The notes: a model not told the origin generated them from the sequence alone. 64,000 bases of DNA from Phaeosaccion multiseriatum (GCA_965112735.1 OZ218960.1:434001-498000); one strand, 5' to 3'. Numbered from the stretch's first letter, positions 29,348-43,104 are shown. Translations and numbers: made by a program.

Positions 29348-29561
29348 TGTGTGTGTGAGAGAGAGAGTGTGTGTGTGAGATAGAGAGAGAGGGGGTGTGT
29401 GTGTGAGAGAGAAAGGGAGTGCTTTCAATGTAAAGTTCAAGTGGCAGCACATCCCTCCTCTCAATTCCCTTACTCCACTATTCGCCACAAGATTATTACT
29501 TAGAAACTGGAACTGAAACTGTGTGAGACTGGGAGTCAAGAGGGTGAGGAGGAGATGACAA

Positions 29562-30135
29562 TATATTACACCCTTAAGTGCCATCTATGGTTGTCTAAAA
29601 GTAATGTCTCACCGCCCCGGGGAACTTAGCCCTCGAGGTCGTGTCCCTCTGACTCATCAGTTCTCCCCATTGGAACAAAGTTGATACCAGCCAGGATCCT
29701 GTGTCGAACCGATCGTTCGTGTCGGGCCCTCTGGAGCGCTACGGCTAATCGTCGCCGAATGACGCAAACAGCTCTCGCGTAAGCCCTCGTGTCAAGATGT
29801 TCGTGCCCCCCAGCCATGTGGGTGGCGAGTGTTTTGATAAACATCTGTGCTGACGGGCCAAATGCACCTTGCTGCTCCATCCCAAAAGGGACGAGATGAT
29901 ACCTCGTGGGGTCATAGTGGATGTCTCCACCCTGGCCCTCCATGCCTCCATGTGGCACAGGTGGAGGAGAGGCACGATTGGAGAACCAACAGTTGACCCC
30001 GAACGGCGGAGGCCGCCGAAGCGACCGCCGCCGAACAAGGGAGAACTCGCGCCAGAACCGACAACATGCCCCTCCGCGCAAGCAATGGGAGTGAGGAGGG
30101 ACAGGCCGGCCGCCCAAGAGGGGGACTTCACTCAC
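29562..30135 (-). mobile_element. 5'-truncated/degenerate CRE-like non-LTR retrotransposon (end of RLE domain plus 3' UTR)
   Basis: LVPFGMEQQGAFGPSAQMFIKTLA...RRRLAVALQRA matches the C-terminus of RLE-type retroposon proteins; its 3' UTR recurs, with TSD and A-tail, at 58214-58246/62641-62662. Confidence 0.78.
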
Positions 30136-30783
30136 TTTCCTTTTTGAGAGGGGGATCTATTGATAATACAGCGGGGAGTCATTAGGTTTTCCAATCATTC
30201 TTCTAAGTTATCCTAGTTTTAGCTTTACAAGTTTAAAAAAACGTTTCTCGCTCTGGCCAAGGCTCTGCACGAAAAAATGATGACCATATCTCATTTCTGT
30301 AACCGTAGACAGGCACTCGTGTGCAGAGGGGAGGGAGGGACGCTCACACGCTCGACACAAGAGGGAGGAACGAGCGTGTTGTCGCAATACTCAAGTACTA
30401 CGAAGCACCTGTGTTGATTGACATCCAACAGCGGTGCCAACAGCGGTGTCAACAGCGGTGCCAACAGCGGTGCCCTCTCCCCCGCGGGCCTTCGCTGCCC
30501 CGCTCGGTGTCTCTGGCAGGATGAGTTACAACGCAATACAAATGCAATGCATGGTAGAGAAGAACCGCTGGAGAGAGAGAGAGAGAGAGAAGAGAGAAGA
30601 GAGAAGAGAGAAAGAAAGGGGGGGAAGAGAACGCAGCCAAGTCTCCCAGTGTGCATCCATCCATCCATCCATCCACTGCCATCCATCCATCCATCCATCC
30701 ATCCTCTGTGCCTTGTCGTGGAAAGAGAAGCATGGCCTGCCCGCCCTGGCGCGCTACTGCCCTGTAGCATCAACTGCCCTGCC

Positions 30784-33700
30784 TCACACGTTGGAGTCAC
30801 AGTTGGCGATGGCGGTGCCCATGGCTTGCACAGGGGATAAGGGATGTCTGAAGTCCATAACGAAGGAGTCCGATCTAAGCAGGAGAAGGTGTCATGAATA
30901 CAGGGGGAGGGAGGGGTAGAGAGAGGAGAGAGAGCTTAGAGAACGAACGAACACTGAACAAATGAACAAAACAGACAAAAAAAGAGTAGAAGAATGAAGA
31001 ATGAAAAGACTTGTTTTCATTGTCCACGACCAAAGGAAAAAACACCCTACTCCTCCATCCCTCCCTCCCTCCCTCCCTCCCCTTTTCACCCCTCACTCCC
31101 TCACTCCCTCCCTCCCTCTCCTTCTCACCCCTCCCTCCCTCACTCCCTCCCTCCCTCCCTCCCTCCCTCCCTCCCTCTCCTTCTCACCCCTCACTCCCTC
31201 CCTCACTCCCTCCCTCGCCTCCCTCTCCTTCTCACTCACTTACTCCCTCCCTCCCTCCCCCCCTGCCTCCCTCCCTCACTCCCTCCCTCCCTCACTCCCT
31301 CTCTCACTCCCTCCCTCTCCTTCTCAACCCTCCCTCCCTCCCTCCCTCCCTCCCCCCCTCCCTTCTCTCCTGCCTCACCTGTCGCCTCTCCTTCCCGACC
31401 TCCCAAATTGCATGACGAAGGAGTTTTGCTCGTCCTTCAATAGGCAGTTCTTCACGCTCTGATTCTTGACCCGGTCCTGTGGGTGAGACGCGAGGTGACG
31501 GGGGAGGGGTGGAGGGGAGAAGGGGAGGAGGGGAGGAGGGGAGGAGGTAGGGTAGGAGAGATGACCAACAGCTGTTAAAAGTGGTAGTAGTCGTTACGTA
31601 ACCTCTTACGTATATTCGAGTCCTACCTTGTAAAACTCGAGCACGAAGTAGCCCGCGCCTGCGTCCCACTCGGGCAGGGCGCTGATGCAACGCAGCGTGT
31701 GGGCACCGTCCACCTCCTGCTGGCGACGCACCTGCAAATACACAACCAACACGCCAAGGAGAAGGGGCATGGGGCAAGGGAGGCAGGGAGGCACACGGAC
31801 AGAACAGAACACGGCCCGGCATTGAGTGATTACACACGTTAAATGAGCAAAGGCTGTTGTGTTCTGAAGTATTGCGCCTTACTTTCTTTGTTCCCTTCCT
31901 CCCCTCCCACCCCCTCCCCTCCCCTCCCCTCCCCTCCCTTGCCCTCTCCTTCCCCTCGCCCTCACCGTAGACAAGCTCCCCAGCGCCTCTTGCAACTGGC
32001 GACGATCGTCATCCTCAAGCTCACTCTCTTGCACCGAGGGGAATACCGCCGTGACAGCCCTCGGCCCCTGCCCCTGCAGGTCTGCGTGTTTGGTGAGTTC
32101 GACGGTTACAGCACCGAGCTCCAGGGCTCCCAGCTCGGCCTGAGCTCAGTCAGGGGGGGGGGGATGGCAGTGGATGGGATAAGGGTGAGGGGTAGGAGGG
32201 AGACAGGAAAGCGCAGCTACCATTGGAAGCGCAATGAGGTGGGCACACGGTACACACGTATGGTACGTACGTATATACCCCTTGTTACACAATAAGGTTG
32301 GTATGTTACGTACCTTCTTGGAGCTCTTCTTGAGTGACTTGGTCCCCTCGTCAGTGATGAGGTACTGCCGCCTCTCGTCCACTTGCCGTACTAGCCCAAT
32401 CACAGGGTCTGCCGGGGGAGGGAGAGGGAGGGAGGGAGGGAGGGAGGGAGGGAGGAGGGAGGGAGGGAGGGAGGGAGGGAGAGGGAGGGAGGGAGAGAGG
32501 GAGAGAGGGAGAGGGAGAGAGGGAGGGAGAGAGGGAGGGAGGGAGGGAGGGAGGGAGGGAGAGAGAGAGTGACTCCTGAGTGAAGAGAGGAAAGGTGGCA
32601 AGAAGGCAGGAAGAAGGGAAGGAAGGAAGGAAGGAAGGAAGGAAGAAGGGAAGGAAGGAAGGAACGGAAGGATAGCAGCGGAAGGAAGGAAACAAACAAC
32701 CACGGGAAACAAACAACCAGGTAAAACCAAAAAAAGTATGCATGACACACATTTGTTGCCTCTCTCTCTCACTCACTCACCCTCCGACTCCGTAAGGAAG
32801 GATGAATTGAGTGTGATGGCGTATCTACTCTTATTCTTCCTTGCACTGGCGAGCAACAGGCCCGTATCCTCGTGGAAGAACTCAAAGCTGTGGTGGTGGT
32901 GGTGGCGGTGGTGGTGGTGCCGTACGGAATCCGAATCGGAATCGGAATCGGACCGAAGGAGGAGGGGGCGGGCGGGGGCGGGCGGGGGATGGGATGGGCG
33001 GGGTAGAGCGGCACGGGGGTGTCACTAAGCGTGAATCTCTCTCTCCGTCTCTCTCTCTCCCTCCCTCTCTCTCTCTCTCTCCCTCCCTCCCCCCCTTCCC
33101 TCACTCCTACTTACATATTGGTACCGAGGATGTTATTCCTCTTTCTCACCACCCGGCACTCGAGCACTCCGGAGGCTTGCGGCAGAGGATCGCAAAGGAA
33201 GGCCCTGACGTGTGCCGGGTTGAGAGGTAGCTTGTTGAGCATGGCTCGCCCGACGGAGGAGGCAGACAGGGCGTCTCGTAACGCCTCTTGGTCCAGGCGA
33301 AGAGGGACGCCGGGAGGGGGGAGAGCAAGCTCCTCCTCCTCCTCCTCCTCCTCCTCTTCCTGCCCCTCTCCTCCTCCTCCTCCTCCTGCTGCTGCTGCTG
33401 CTGCGGCTGCTGCCTGCGCCTCCGCGGCTGCTGTTGCATCTGCTGCTGCCGCCCACGCCGCTGCTGCGGCTGCCTTGGCCTCTCTGTGCTGGCGCTCCTG
33501 TCTCCCCTGCGCTGCCTCCTCCGCTGCTTTGGCCTCCCCTGCTGTGATGAGGGTAGCCAATAAACCAGGGGCAGCGACAGAGGCAGCAGTGGCGCTAGAG
33601 CCGCTGTTGGACCGCCCCCCAGCGGCGGTAGAGGCGGTAGAAGCGGTAGAAGTAGACACTGACCCCGAGCTCCCATACCGCCCCCCTCGCCCCCTTCCCC

Positions 33701-36132
33701 TGCCCATCACCCCCAATGGCATCCTGCCCCCAATTGGAGCCGCAGCTGACCCCAGGCTACCCATTGACCCCCCTGATTGCTGATGGCCAATCTCCCTCTC
33801 GCTCTCGCCCCCCCCCCGTCCCAGTCGCTTGAACAGCTCCTCGTCGCTGCTCTCTTCTTCACTATCGTCAAAGTGGCCCCCAACACCCATCTTCTCGTCA
33901 TCCCCCTGCTCCTCCTCCTCCTCCTCCTGCTCCTCCTCCTGCTCGTCGTCATCTTCCCCCTCTCCTTTCCGGAAAGTGAGAGCGGTCTCCTCCGTGGCAT
34001 CCTCTGACCCGTCTGCACTGCCGAATACACCGATGGGGGTGGTGCCCTGATTTGGGAAGAAGGGAGGGAGGGAGGAGAGATGAGAGAGTGAAGGGTAGAG
34101 AAAGAGGTGGCGAGAGAGGAGACACACACACACACACAAAGAGACGGAGAGAGAGAAGAGAGACGAGAGAGAGGGGAGAGGGAGACAGAGAGGAGAGAAA
34201 GCCAAGAGAAAGATCAGTGCCTAACTTCATTCCACCTCCCAAACACGAGTCAAAAGAGAAGGAGGGCTGTCCGATATCGCCAGGCCAGTGGCAGGCCAAG
34301 CTCCATAGGCCCATCACATCACATCCCCTGTCCAAGCTCCATAGGCCCATCACATCCCATCCCCTGTCCCACATTCTCCTCTTCCCTCCCCATCTCTCCC
34401 CTTCCCTCCCCATCTCTCCTACTTGCTCCCCATCCACACTCGTCTCCTCCCTTCCTATCTCCCTCCTACTTGCTTCCCATCCACACTCGTCGCCTCCCTT
34501 CTCCTTCCCTCCTCTTCCCCCTCCCCCCTGCCCCCCCGCCCGGCTTAACCCACTGACTCACGTACTCATTCACTCACTCACGTACTCATTCACTCACTCA
34601 CTCCCACACTCACCCACTCACTCACTCACTCACTCACTCACTCACTCACTCACTCCTTCACTGACAACTGTCTCGCACACTCCCCCCCTTACTCACATTG
34701 CTCAACCCCTTGCCTAATGCGGCTGCCGCTGCTTGCTGGTCCGCCAAGGCCTTCTCCTGCGCGGCTTCTCTCTCGTTCAGATCCCTCTGCTGCTCCTTGC
34801 TCTCCTCCTCCTGTTGCTGCTGCTTTCTCCGCCTCTCCCAGGCAGCTCTCTCCTCCTGTCTTCTCTTCGCCCCCAACTCCTTGGCGTATTTGGTTGATGC
34901 CTTGGCCACACAATCTGCGCTGACCTTTTGACGAATGGCCAGAGCACCATCGAGCGTAGAGGGTACCGCTCCTCGCAGAAATACTCGGGTCTTGCCAAAC
35001 GTGATGTTGGTGGATTGGGGAAACATAGACTCGCACGCTTCTCGAGTGAGATCAGCCGGGTTTTGTGCATCTGAGAAAGGAGGGGGGGGGGGGGGGAGGG
35101 CGAGGGAGGGAGGAGAGGGAGGAGAGTGTAAAGAGGGAGAGAAAGGGGAAGAGGAATGGACGAAACCCACTTGTGTGGTGTCAAGTTGGTCCCAGGGGGA
35201 CTGAAAGCATTTTGGTTGCAAGGACCCCCACCAAACCAACCCAAAACCAACCTGGGGAGCCCTTCTGTACGAGCAGGGAGGCATCGTACACGCGTGTGGG
35301 ACAGAGCACCGCATACTTTTTGAGGAAGTCTTGATACTTGGGGTGCTTGCCGACTTGGCTCATCATGCGATTGGCTGCGACGATGTTGGCACAGCGGAGC
35401 TGCTCCACCACATAGTCGGGGTCGAACAGGAGGGATGCGTCTTCACTCGCACTGTTGTTTCGGTGGTTGGGGAGGGAGGAAGGGGGAGGGGAAGGGGAGG
35501 GGAGGGGTATTGGCGGGTAGGGAGGGAGGGAGAGAGGGGGAGAGGGGGAAGGGCAAAACGCCGGAGAGGGTGAAGGTGAGAGAGGGAAGAGACGATGAAG
35601 GTGAGGGCCACAGGGGGTGGGGTGGGTGAGGTATATAGGGGAGAAGAAAGGAGAAGAGAAAGGGGGACATAAGAACAAGCACGGACACCGCTGCCCCGTT
35701 CCAATCATCCTCGCTCCTCTTCATCTCTTTTATCCTCTCTTCTCTCTTCCCCTCCTCTTCATTCTTCTCTTCTCTTCTCCCCTCCTCTCTTCTCTCCTCC
35801 CCTCCTCTTCTCTCTTCTCTCCTCCTTTCTCCTCCCCTCTCTCTTCTCCGCCCCTCCTCTTCTCGTTTTTCCCCCTATGCTCTCCCCTCCTCTCCTCTCC
35901 CCTCCCCTCCTCTTCACTCACGTATTGGGCTGTATGCACGAGATGTAGTGCCTCTCCATCCTCCCAATTGACATGACAAGTTGCTGCAAGTCCGATCGGA
36001 ACTTGGACGAAACCGTCTTACGCACTCGCGACGGTGTCTTGCGATGCAGCACCCTCCCTGACCCTGACACCGAGCCTCCCTCTCCTCCCTCCCCTCCCCC
36101 TCCCCTGGCCTCTTCCCCTCCTCCTCCTCCTC

Positions 36133-36175
<43 letters not shown>

Positions 36176-37891
36176 ACCACCAACAACTGGCGTAATCCCC
36201 GCAGAGCCCTGACGAGCGGTTTCATCCTTCTCCTTGAACCCCTTGAGTAGCTTCGAAAAGGCAAACGATGGCGACTGCGGCTGCTGCGTAGCACTACCAC
36301 CCGCACCACCACCAGTACCAGTGCCATTCACGGGGGAGATGGGCTCCAAGCCAGCAGGGAGGTCGGCGTACGCATTGGCCACGAAGACGGTGGTGCTTTG
36401 CCGCAAAAGCTTGACCACAGAAGCATGCACGGTGCCTTTGTTCTTCTCTACAAACTCCCCACAGTTATATGTCACTGAAGGAGAGGAGAGGAGAGGAGAG
36501 GAGAGGAGAGGAGAGGCCACGAGAGAGAATGGAAGAGGGGGGTACAAGGAGACGAGGGGAGGACTTATTTTGTCAGTCAAGGAAGGGCAAGAGAGTAGAG
36601 GCCAGCAATGTAGGCAGCTGTATGTGTATGTCACTGAAGGAGAGGACACAGGAGGGAGAATGTTGCTCTATGTAAAGGGGGGTGGCTGTCTGTCGTATGT
36701 CGCATGCACGTATGATTACGTACCACTCTGGGCAAAGTGCCTGAGAGAGAACTCCCTGTGATTCACGTGCACGCCAATTCGTCCCTCGGCAGAGGGCAGC
36801 ACCTGATGAGCGGAGAGAGAGGCGGGGGGGGAGGGAGGGAGAGAGAGGGAGGGAGAGGAGGGGAAGAGAGGGGAGGGGAGAGAGAGAAAGTGAGAAGCTG
36901 CTGCCCGGACCACCGCCTCGCCCACACACACACACACACACGCACACGCATCTTACCCCCCCCCCCCCCCTCTCTCTCTCCCTCTCTCACTCTCTACCCA
37001 CCCACTGACTTCATGTACCCACCTGGTTCTCAACGAGGCGTAGGAAGCCCTCGTCAGCCACTCCCGTGGGTACAGGCAAGCTTGCCTCATCATCCAGTAC
37101 GTCAATGACGCCCCTCTCCCCCTCGAGCAGCAGCAACACAGGCAGGTTGTCGGTGTACGGCACCTCGGTAAGCGCGATGCCTTCGAGGCGACACACCTCC
37201 CTTCCCACCTCGAACATGTCTGCCAGTGGTTAGTTCGTTAGTTCACAAAGAGTACAAATTGATTGAGAGGGAGGGAGGGACCGCAGTCAGGGTTAGAGTC
37301 AGGGTCAGGGTCAGGGTCAGGGTCAGGGTCAGGGTCAGGGTCAGGGTCATGATTGGGACAGAAATCACGACGACCTCCGCCTCAGAAACTCACTCACCGA
37401 GGATGAACTGTCTTTGAAGCTTCTCAGCGGAGTAGTTGATGAGGAACTGCTCAAAGCCGTTCTCTCTCAACACCTTCGCGTCAGCACAACATGCAGGTAG
37501 GAAGGAAGTAGGGCAGGCCCACGGCCGCCAGTGGGGTGAGGGAGGAGGAGGAGGAGGAGGAGGAGGAGGAGGAGGAGGAGGAGGAGGAGGAGGAGGAGGA
37601 GGAGGAGTGCATGTCAGGTACAGCAAACAAACGAACAGAAAGCATGGCAAACATCTTACCTCGAAGCCGAATATGTCAACAAGAGTGACACTTCCCTCTT
37701 TCTTGCCATCGCGCCGCACTTGCTTGAGCAGCTCCGGGTCTCCAGCAGAGGCTTTGTTCACTCGGGACAGGATGAGATGGAACACACCTGCAGGGGGTTG
37801 AGGAGAGAGGAGCAGAGGAAGGGGGGGGGGGGGAAGAGGGAGGGCCAATTTAGTGGGCATCACCAGGAGTACACGAGTACACCGATACCCA

Positions 37892-37923
<32 letters not shown>

Positions 37924-40900
37924 ACACACACACACGCATTGGTGCTGCACACTGACCTCGGTACACATCCTTGGCGATGGCGTCACGGGCCTCCCGAGCA
38001 GCAGCGACGGAGTTTCGCTTGGTCACCTGGATAGAAGGTTGTAACAGAGGAGGAGGAGGAGGAGGAGGAGGAGGAGGAGGAGGAGGAGGAGGAGGAGGAG
38101 GAGGAGGAGGACGAGGAGGACGAGGAGGAGGAGGAGGAGGAGGAGGAGAGTCAGGCACAGGAGGGAGAGAACGAAGTGCAAAAATCCATCCCCCCTTTCA
38201 CCTTCACCCTCCCTCCCTCCCTCTCCCCCTCAATCCCTCCCTCCCTCCCTCCCCCTCCTCCCATCTCACCTCCTCCGCCCCGAACATGCTTGTCCGCTGA
38301 GTGAGCACTCGCTCAAGCTCGTCCATATCGAGCCCCAGCAGGGCCGCTGACACTTCCATCGCCTCTCTCGCCGCAGGGGAAATGACGCACACCGCCATGT
38401 TGCTGCGCTTGCGCTCATCGTCTGGTATGGAGAGAGAGAGAGAGGAGGGAGGGAGGGAGGGAGGGAGGGAGGGAGGGGAGGGGAGGAAGGGGGGGACGGA
38501 GAGAGCGAGGGGAGGGAGGGAGGGAGAGAGCAGGAGGGGAGGGGCAACAGAAGGGGATGGGAGCACTTCGAGTTAGTGTTTGAACAGTTTGTAGGGCTTA
38601 CTTTTTTTTCTTTCCCTCCTTCCCTTCCCTTCCTCCTTCCCCCCCTCCCTCCCTCCCTCCCTCCTTCTCCCTCCCTCACCCTGTCCCTCCCTCCTCCTTT
38701 CCCTCCTTCACCCTCTCCCTCTCCCTCTCCCTCCCTTCTTCACCCCTTCCCTCCCCTCCCTCCACCCCTCACTCACCATCCACCGCAAAGTGCACCTGCC
38801 CCAGATGCAGCAGGCCAGACAGAGCGCATAGGAGATCATACTCTTCTGCCTCGTCCATCCCAAGCTCTCCAAGGGTAGCTCGAAGCCTCTCCAGCCCCTT
38901 CACATCGCCGGCCCGGGCGGGTGCCTCCGTGCGTGTGTAAAAGAAGTCTTCAGCGGTCTTTTTAAGCGATAGTTACAGTTACAGTTACAAGGGGGGGGGG
39001 GGGAGGTTAGAGGCCAGGAGACAGATAAGACAGAGAGGGAAAAAACGACAGGGAGAGATAAGAGAGAGATAGAGAGAAAGCAGAGATAGAGGGCAGGGTC
39101 AGCAGCAGGATGACCGGTAGGAGCAGGGTAACCGTCAGGATCAGGGGTCAGGGTCAGGGTCAGGGTCAGGGGCAGGGTCAGGGTGCACACGTAGAGGCAC
39201 TCCCTCCCTCCCTCCCTCCCTCCTTCCTTCCTCCCTTCCTCCCTCCTTCCTTCCTCCCTCCCTTCCTCCCTTCCTCCCTTCCTCCCTTCCTTCCTTCCTC
39301 CCTTCCTCCCTTCCTTCCTTCCTCCCTCCCTTCCTCCCCTCCTCCCTTCCTTCCTTCCTCCCTCCCTTCCTCCCTCCCTTCCTTCCTCCCTTCCTCCCTC
39401 CCTTCCTCCCTTTCTTCCTCCCTTCCTTCCTCCCTTCCTTCCTTCCTCCCTCCCTCCCTTCCTCCCTCCGTCCCTCCCTTCCCTTCCCTTCCTACCATAC
39501 CTTATTCATGAGGTGAAAGTTGGCCTTGAGCTGCACATCGTCGGTGGCCAGCAAGTGGTACAGCACGTGGAAGTTGCGCTCTTTGATGGGTCGGGCCACC
39601 ACCCTAGAGCTCTCTAGCAGCACAGACCGCATCTGCACAGGCGGAGGAGAGAGGTCAGCAACACAAGACAGACATTCAGATAGGGGCCACGAGCATCGCC
39701 TTCTCCCTCCCCATATCTCCCCGTCTCTCCCTCTCTCTCTCTTTGCGTGTCTCTCTCTCTTTTCTTCTCCTCTCTGTGTGTGTTGTGGAACCAGGCGCCT
39801 CCTCCTCCCCCCTCTCCCACCCACCCATTAACACACTACATCCACCCACCTTGAAGCCGAGCATGACGGGGGGCAGGTCCTTCTCCAGCCCGAAGATTAC
39901 TTCCGTGGTGAGGCCGTACCTGCCCCACGGTACAGCAGTTGGTGACAAAGCACAGTACAGCAGTTGGCGATACAGCACACGCATTTCCCCATTTGTCGCT
40001 CTCCACCCGTCTCTCTCTCTACTTCCCTCCATCTCTCTCTCTCACACACACACCCACACCACCGTCTCGCCCACCTGCTGCTGTTGGCGTTGGAGCTCGT
40101 CTTGGCACAGCCGAAGCACTCCAGAAGGTTGGTACATTCAGACACCTTCGCTCCATCTGTACAGGGTGGTGATACGAAACATCAATCACAGTAGACAGTT
40201 GTTTCAAGCCGTGAGCACAGGAGAGATGTAGAGATGGAGAGAGGGAAAGATAGAGAGCCACAGACAGAGAGGGAAAGGAAGAGAGGGAGGGAGGGAGGGA
40301 GGGAGGGAGGAAGGCCGGCATCGGCACTGATGACAAGACAAACGAGCATGCGGACCCGCCCCCTTCCTTCAGCTGCCATCTGCTCCCATCGGTTGCCATC
40401 TCCAGCCTCCCTCCGCCGCCAGTAGCCATCATCGTCATCCTCTCACTCACCCGCTACCCCTGCCCCCCCCACTCTGAGGCCCACTACCCGGTGCCCTCCC
40501 TCCCTGCGCGACGCCAGATGACCGAGTAAGATCTTGCAACTCTCAGTTTTGCCAGAGCCGCTGAGCCCACTGACGATGATGGCCTGGTTTGTGCCGCTCT
40601 CTGCCAGAGACCGAAGCGCGTTGGCACTCACTCTGGTGGGTGTGGTGTGCACGAAGGAAGTTTGGGTCAAACACGTGAGCGTGGGGTTGAGTCAGTCATG
40701 CACAAGGGGTGCGGCTACTTGCTCACTCCCTCCCTCCCTCCCTCCTTCCTTCCCTTCATCCTTTTCTCCCTCCCTCACTCTTCCTCCCTCTCCTCTCCTC
40801 CCTCCCTCTCTGCCCGTGTTGGGTCTCCGTCCATAGGCACCTGTAGGCGTGGGCAGGTAGGTTTGGTCGAAAGTCGTGGTATGCCTGCGGTGATGTATAC

Positions 40901-42066
40901 GGACGGACACACACGCGCACACACAGGAGATAAGTGTGTGTGAGAGAGAGTGTGAGGAGGGGGGGGGGGGGGAGGGGAAGGTGAGAAGAGAGGAAGGGGA
41001 AGAGGAAGAGAGGGAGGGGGGGGGGGAGACAGGGACGGACAGAGACAGATGCCGAGGGGAGGTCCCCACTGTGCCCATTGACCCCATTCATGCCCTGAAG
41101 CTACTGCTGTATCACCAACTGCTGCTGCGGCTGCCACCAGATGAGCGAGTCAACAAGTGTAGTGCCTGCTCTGGCAGCTATCTCTACTCTGCTCTACTCT
41201 GCTCTGCGGTGTCGTATCACCAACTGCCTACCTTCTGCGTCTCCGGGCCGTAGAGGTCGTGCCAGGCGAAGGGGTTGACGGCTATCATGAGCCCCCCTAG
41301 GTCTGTGTAGGGCTGTTGCTGCAGGCTCTGAGCGCGTAGGGTCTCCACCATATCGTCCTCGCTGCCTAACGCCGTCAGCTGAAGGAGGAGGGAAGGAGGG
41401 AGGGAGGGAGGGAGAGAGGGAGGGAGGGAGAGAGGGAGGGAGGGAGGGAGGGAGAGAGGGAGGGAGAGATAGGGGGAGAGAGAGGAGGAGCAGAAGGCGG
41501 TAACAACAAAAGCACAGGGTAGAACGTGAGAATATCACCCCATTCAAAGTGGGACCCACCCGTGCAGCAGCTTGTCTCCCTTCCCTTCTGCTGGAAGTTT
41601 TAGCCCCCTCTACTTCGCCCCCCGTCCCTCTCCGTCCGTTTGCCGCCCGAACCTCCTTCATCCTCTTCTTTCTCTCCCTCTCTTCTCTCTCTCTCTTTCC
41701 CCCCCCCCTTTTTCTCTTTGTCTCTCTTCTCTCACTCCTCCCTCCCTTCTGTGCACACAAGCGTGGCCTACTCTCTCTCTGTCCTCTCTCTCTCTCTGTG
41801 TGTGTGTGTCCCCTCTCTCTCTGATATATGCATAAGTGTTCGACTATCTCGGCAGTCATATGATCTAGAGAGAAAAGGAGACCCAGCTCCGCCGAAAATG
41901 TTCCGACAAAATGCACCTCTTACACACAATTGTGCCACGTACTTCTCTCACCCACCTGTGCATCAGCAGCCGAGGCAATGATAGACGCCTTGCGCTGCAA
42001 TCCGCTCATGCTCATGGCTTCTTGTGCTGTGCTGTTGCTTCCACCTCCTTCTGTTGCTCCTGCCAT
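30784..42066 (-). CDS. Divergent unconventional myosin with C-terminal Tubby domain (more than 20 exons)
   Basis: Motor: IAVNPF, VSGLSGSGKTE, FGCAKTSSNANSSRYG, LLESSRVV..ERNFHVLY, DIFGFE, FEQFLINYSAEKLQ, HYISCIQPN, FGKTRVFLR. Tail: LPEWDAGAGYFVLEF, RVKNQSVKNCLL, VMQFGRSG, DSFVMDFRHPLSPVQAMGTAIANCDS* (last exon 30874-30784). Confidence 0.88.
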
Positions 42067-42346
42067 TTCCAACACCAAAGGGCCCTGGTTAAGATAGGCT
42101 TGGAGAGAGACCACACAGCCTCCCTCCACACGACCGGCCTGCCGTCTGCAGAGAGAGTGGCTGTGACTTATCCACTGTTCTCTTTCCCTTTGCTCCCTCT
42201 CCTTTTCACCCCCCCCCTCTCCCTCTTTATACGTGCTTGCGTACGAGGACAAGCGGATTTAGAAGAGAAGGCATTGGGGCATAAAATGGAACTCAAACTA
42301 AATTCTGTCAAATGTACCCCAACCCCTTCCTGGACCAATGCCACTG

Positions 42347-42806
42347 TCGAACTCCTCATGTTTCCTCTGCGTCCAATATCCTTCTTTCTCTCTCATATCG
42401 AACTCCTCATGTTTCCTCTGCGTCCAATATCCTTCTTTCTCTCTAATATCGAACTCCTCATGTTTCCTCTGCGTCCAATATCCTTCTTTCTCTCTCATAT
42501 CGAACTCCTCATGTTTCCTCTGCGTCCAATATCCTTCTTTCTCTCTGATATCGAACTCCTCATGTTTCCTCTGCGTCCAATATCCTTCTTTCTCTCTCAT
42601 ATCGAACTCCTCATGTTTCCTCTGCGTCCAATATCCTTCTTTCTCTCTAATATCGAACTCCTCATGTTTCCTCTGCGTCCAATATCCTTCTTTCTCTCTC
42701 ATATCGAATTCCTCATGTTTCCTCTGCGTCCAATATCCTTCTTTCTCTCTAATATCGAACTCCTCATGTTTCCTCTGCGTCCAATATCCTTCTTTCTCTC
42801 TCATAT
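42347..42806. repeat. 51-bp tandem repeat, 9 copies
   Basis: Unit TCGAACTCCTCATGTTTCCTCTGCGTCCAATATCCTTCTTTCTCTCT(C/A/G)ATA. Confidence 0.95.
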
Positions 42807-43104
42807 GCTCTGAATTAGGGACACCACTCCATAAAAAGTCTCTTAATTTATATGCAATGCAATATGTACACTCTTTTGCTTCTTCCCTGCCGCCCGCTGT
42901 CTCTCCCTCCCTGCTGCGTCCCAACCCAATACCCATACTCCTACCGCATGGTCTCACGAGATGAGCATAGAGCGCCCAGTGAAGAGAGAGATTACGTAAT
43001 ATCTATAACGAAGTATCTCATTGCTGTTTAACTTAAATCAATTGGACTGGTACCGCTGTATCACCGCTGTATCACCGCTGTATCACCAACTGCTGCGAGT
43101 TACG

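Noticed and set aside
29554-30289. Possible 11-bp TSD (GATGACAATAT / GATGACCATAT) around the CRE fragment
   Set aside because: One mismatch and no independent support for the 5' boundary, so it was not used to set coordinates.
42347-42806. CRISPR array, or 300-aa membrane protein ORF 41911..42813
   Set aside because: Pure tandem repeat with no unique spacers; frames stay open because 51 is a multiple of 3.
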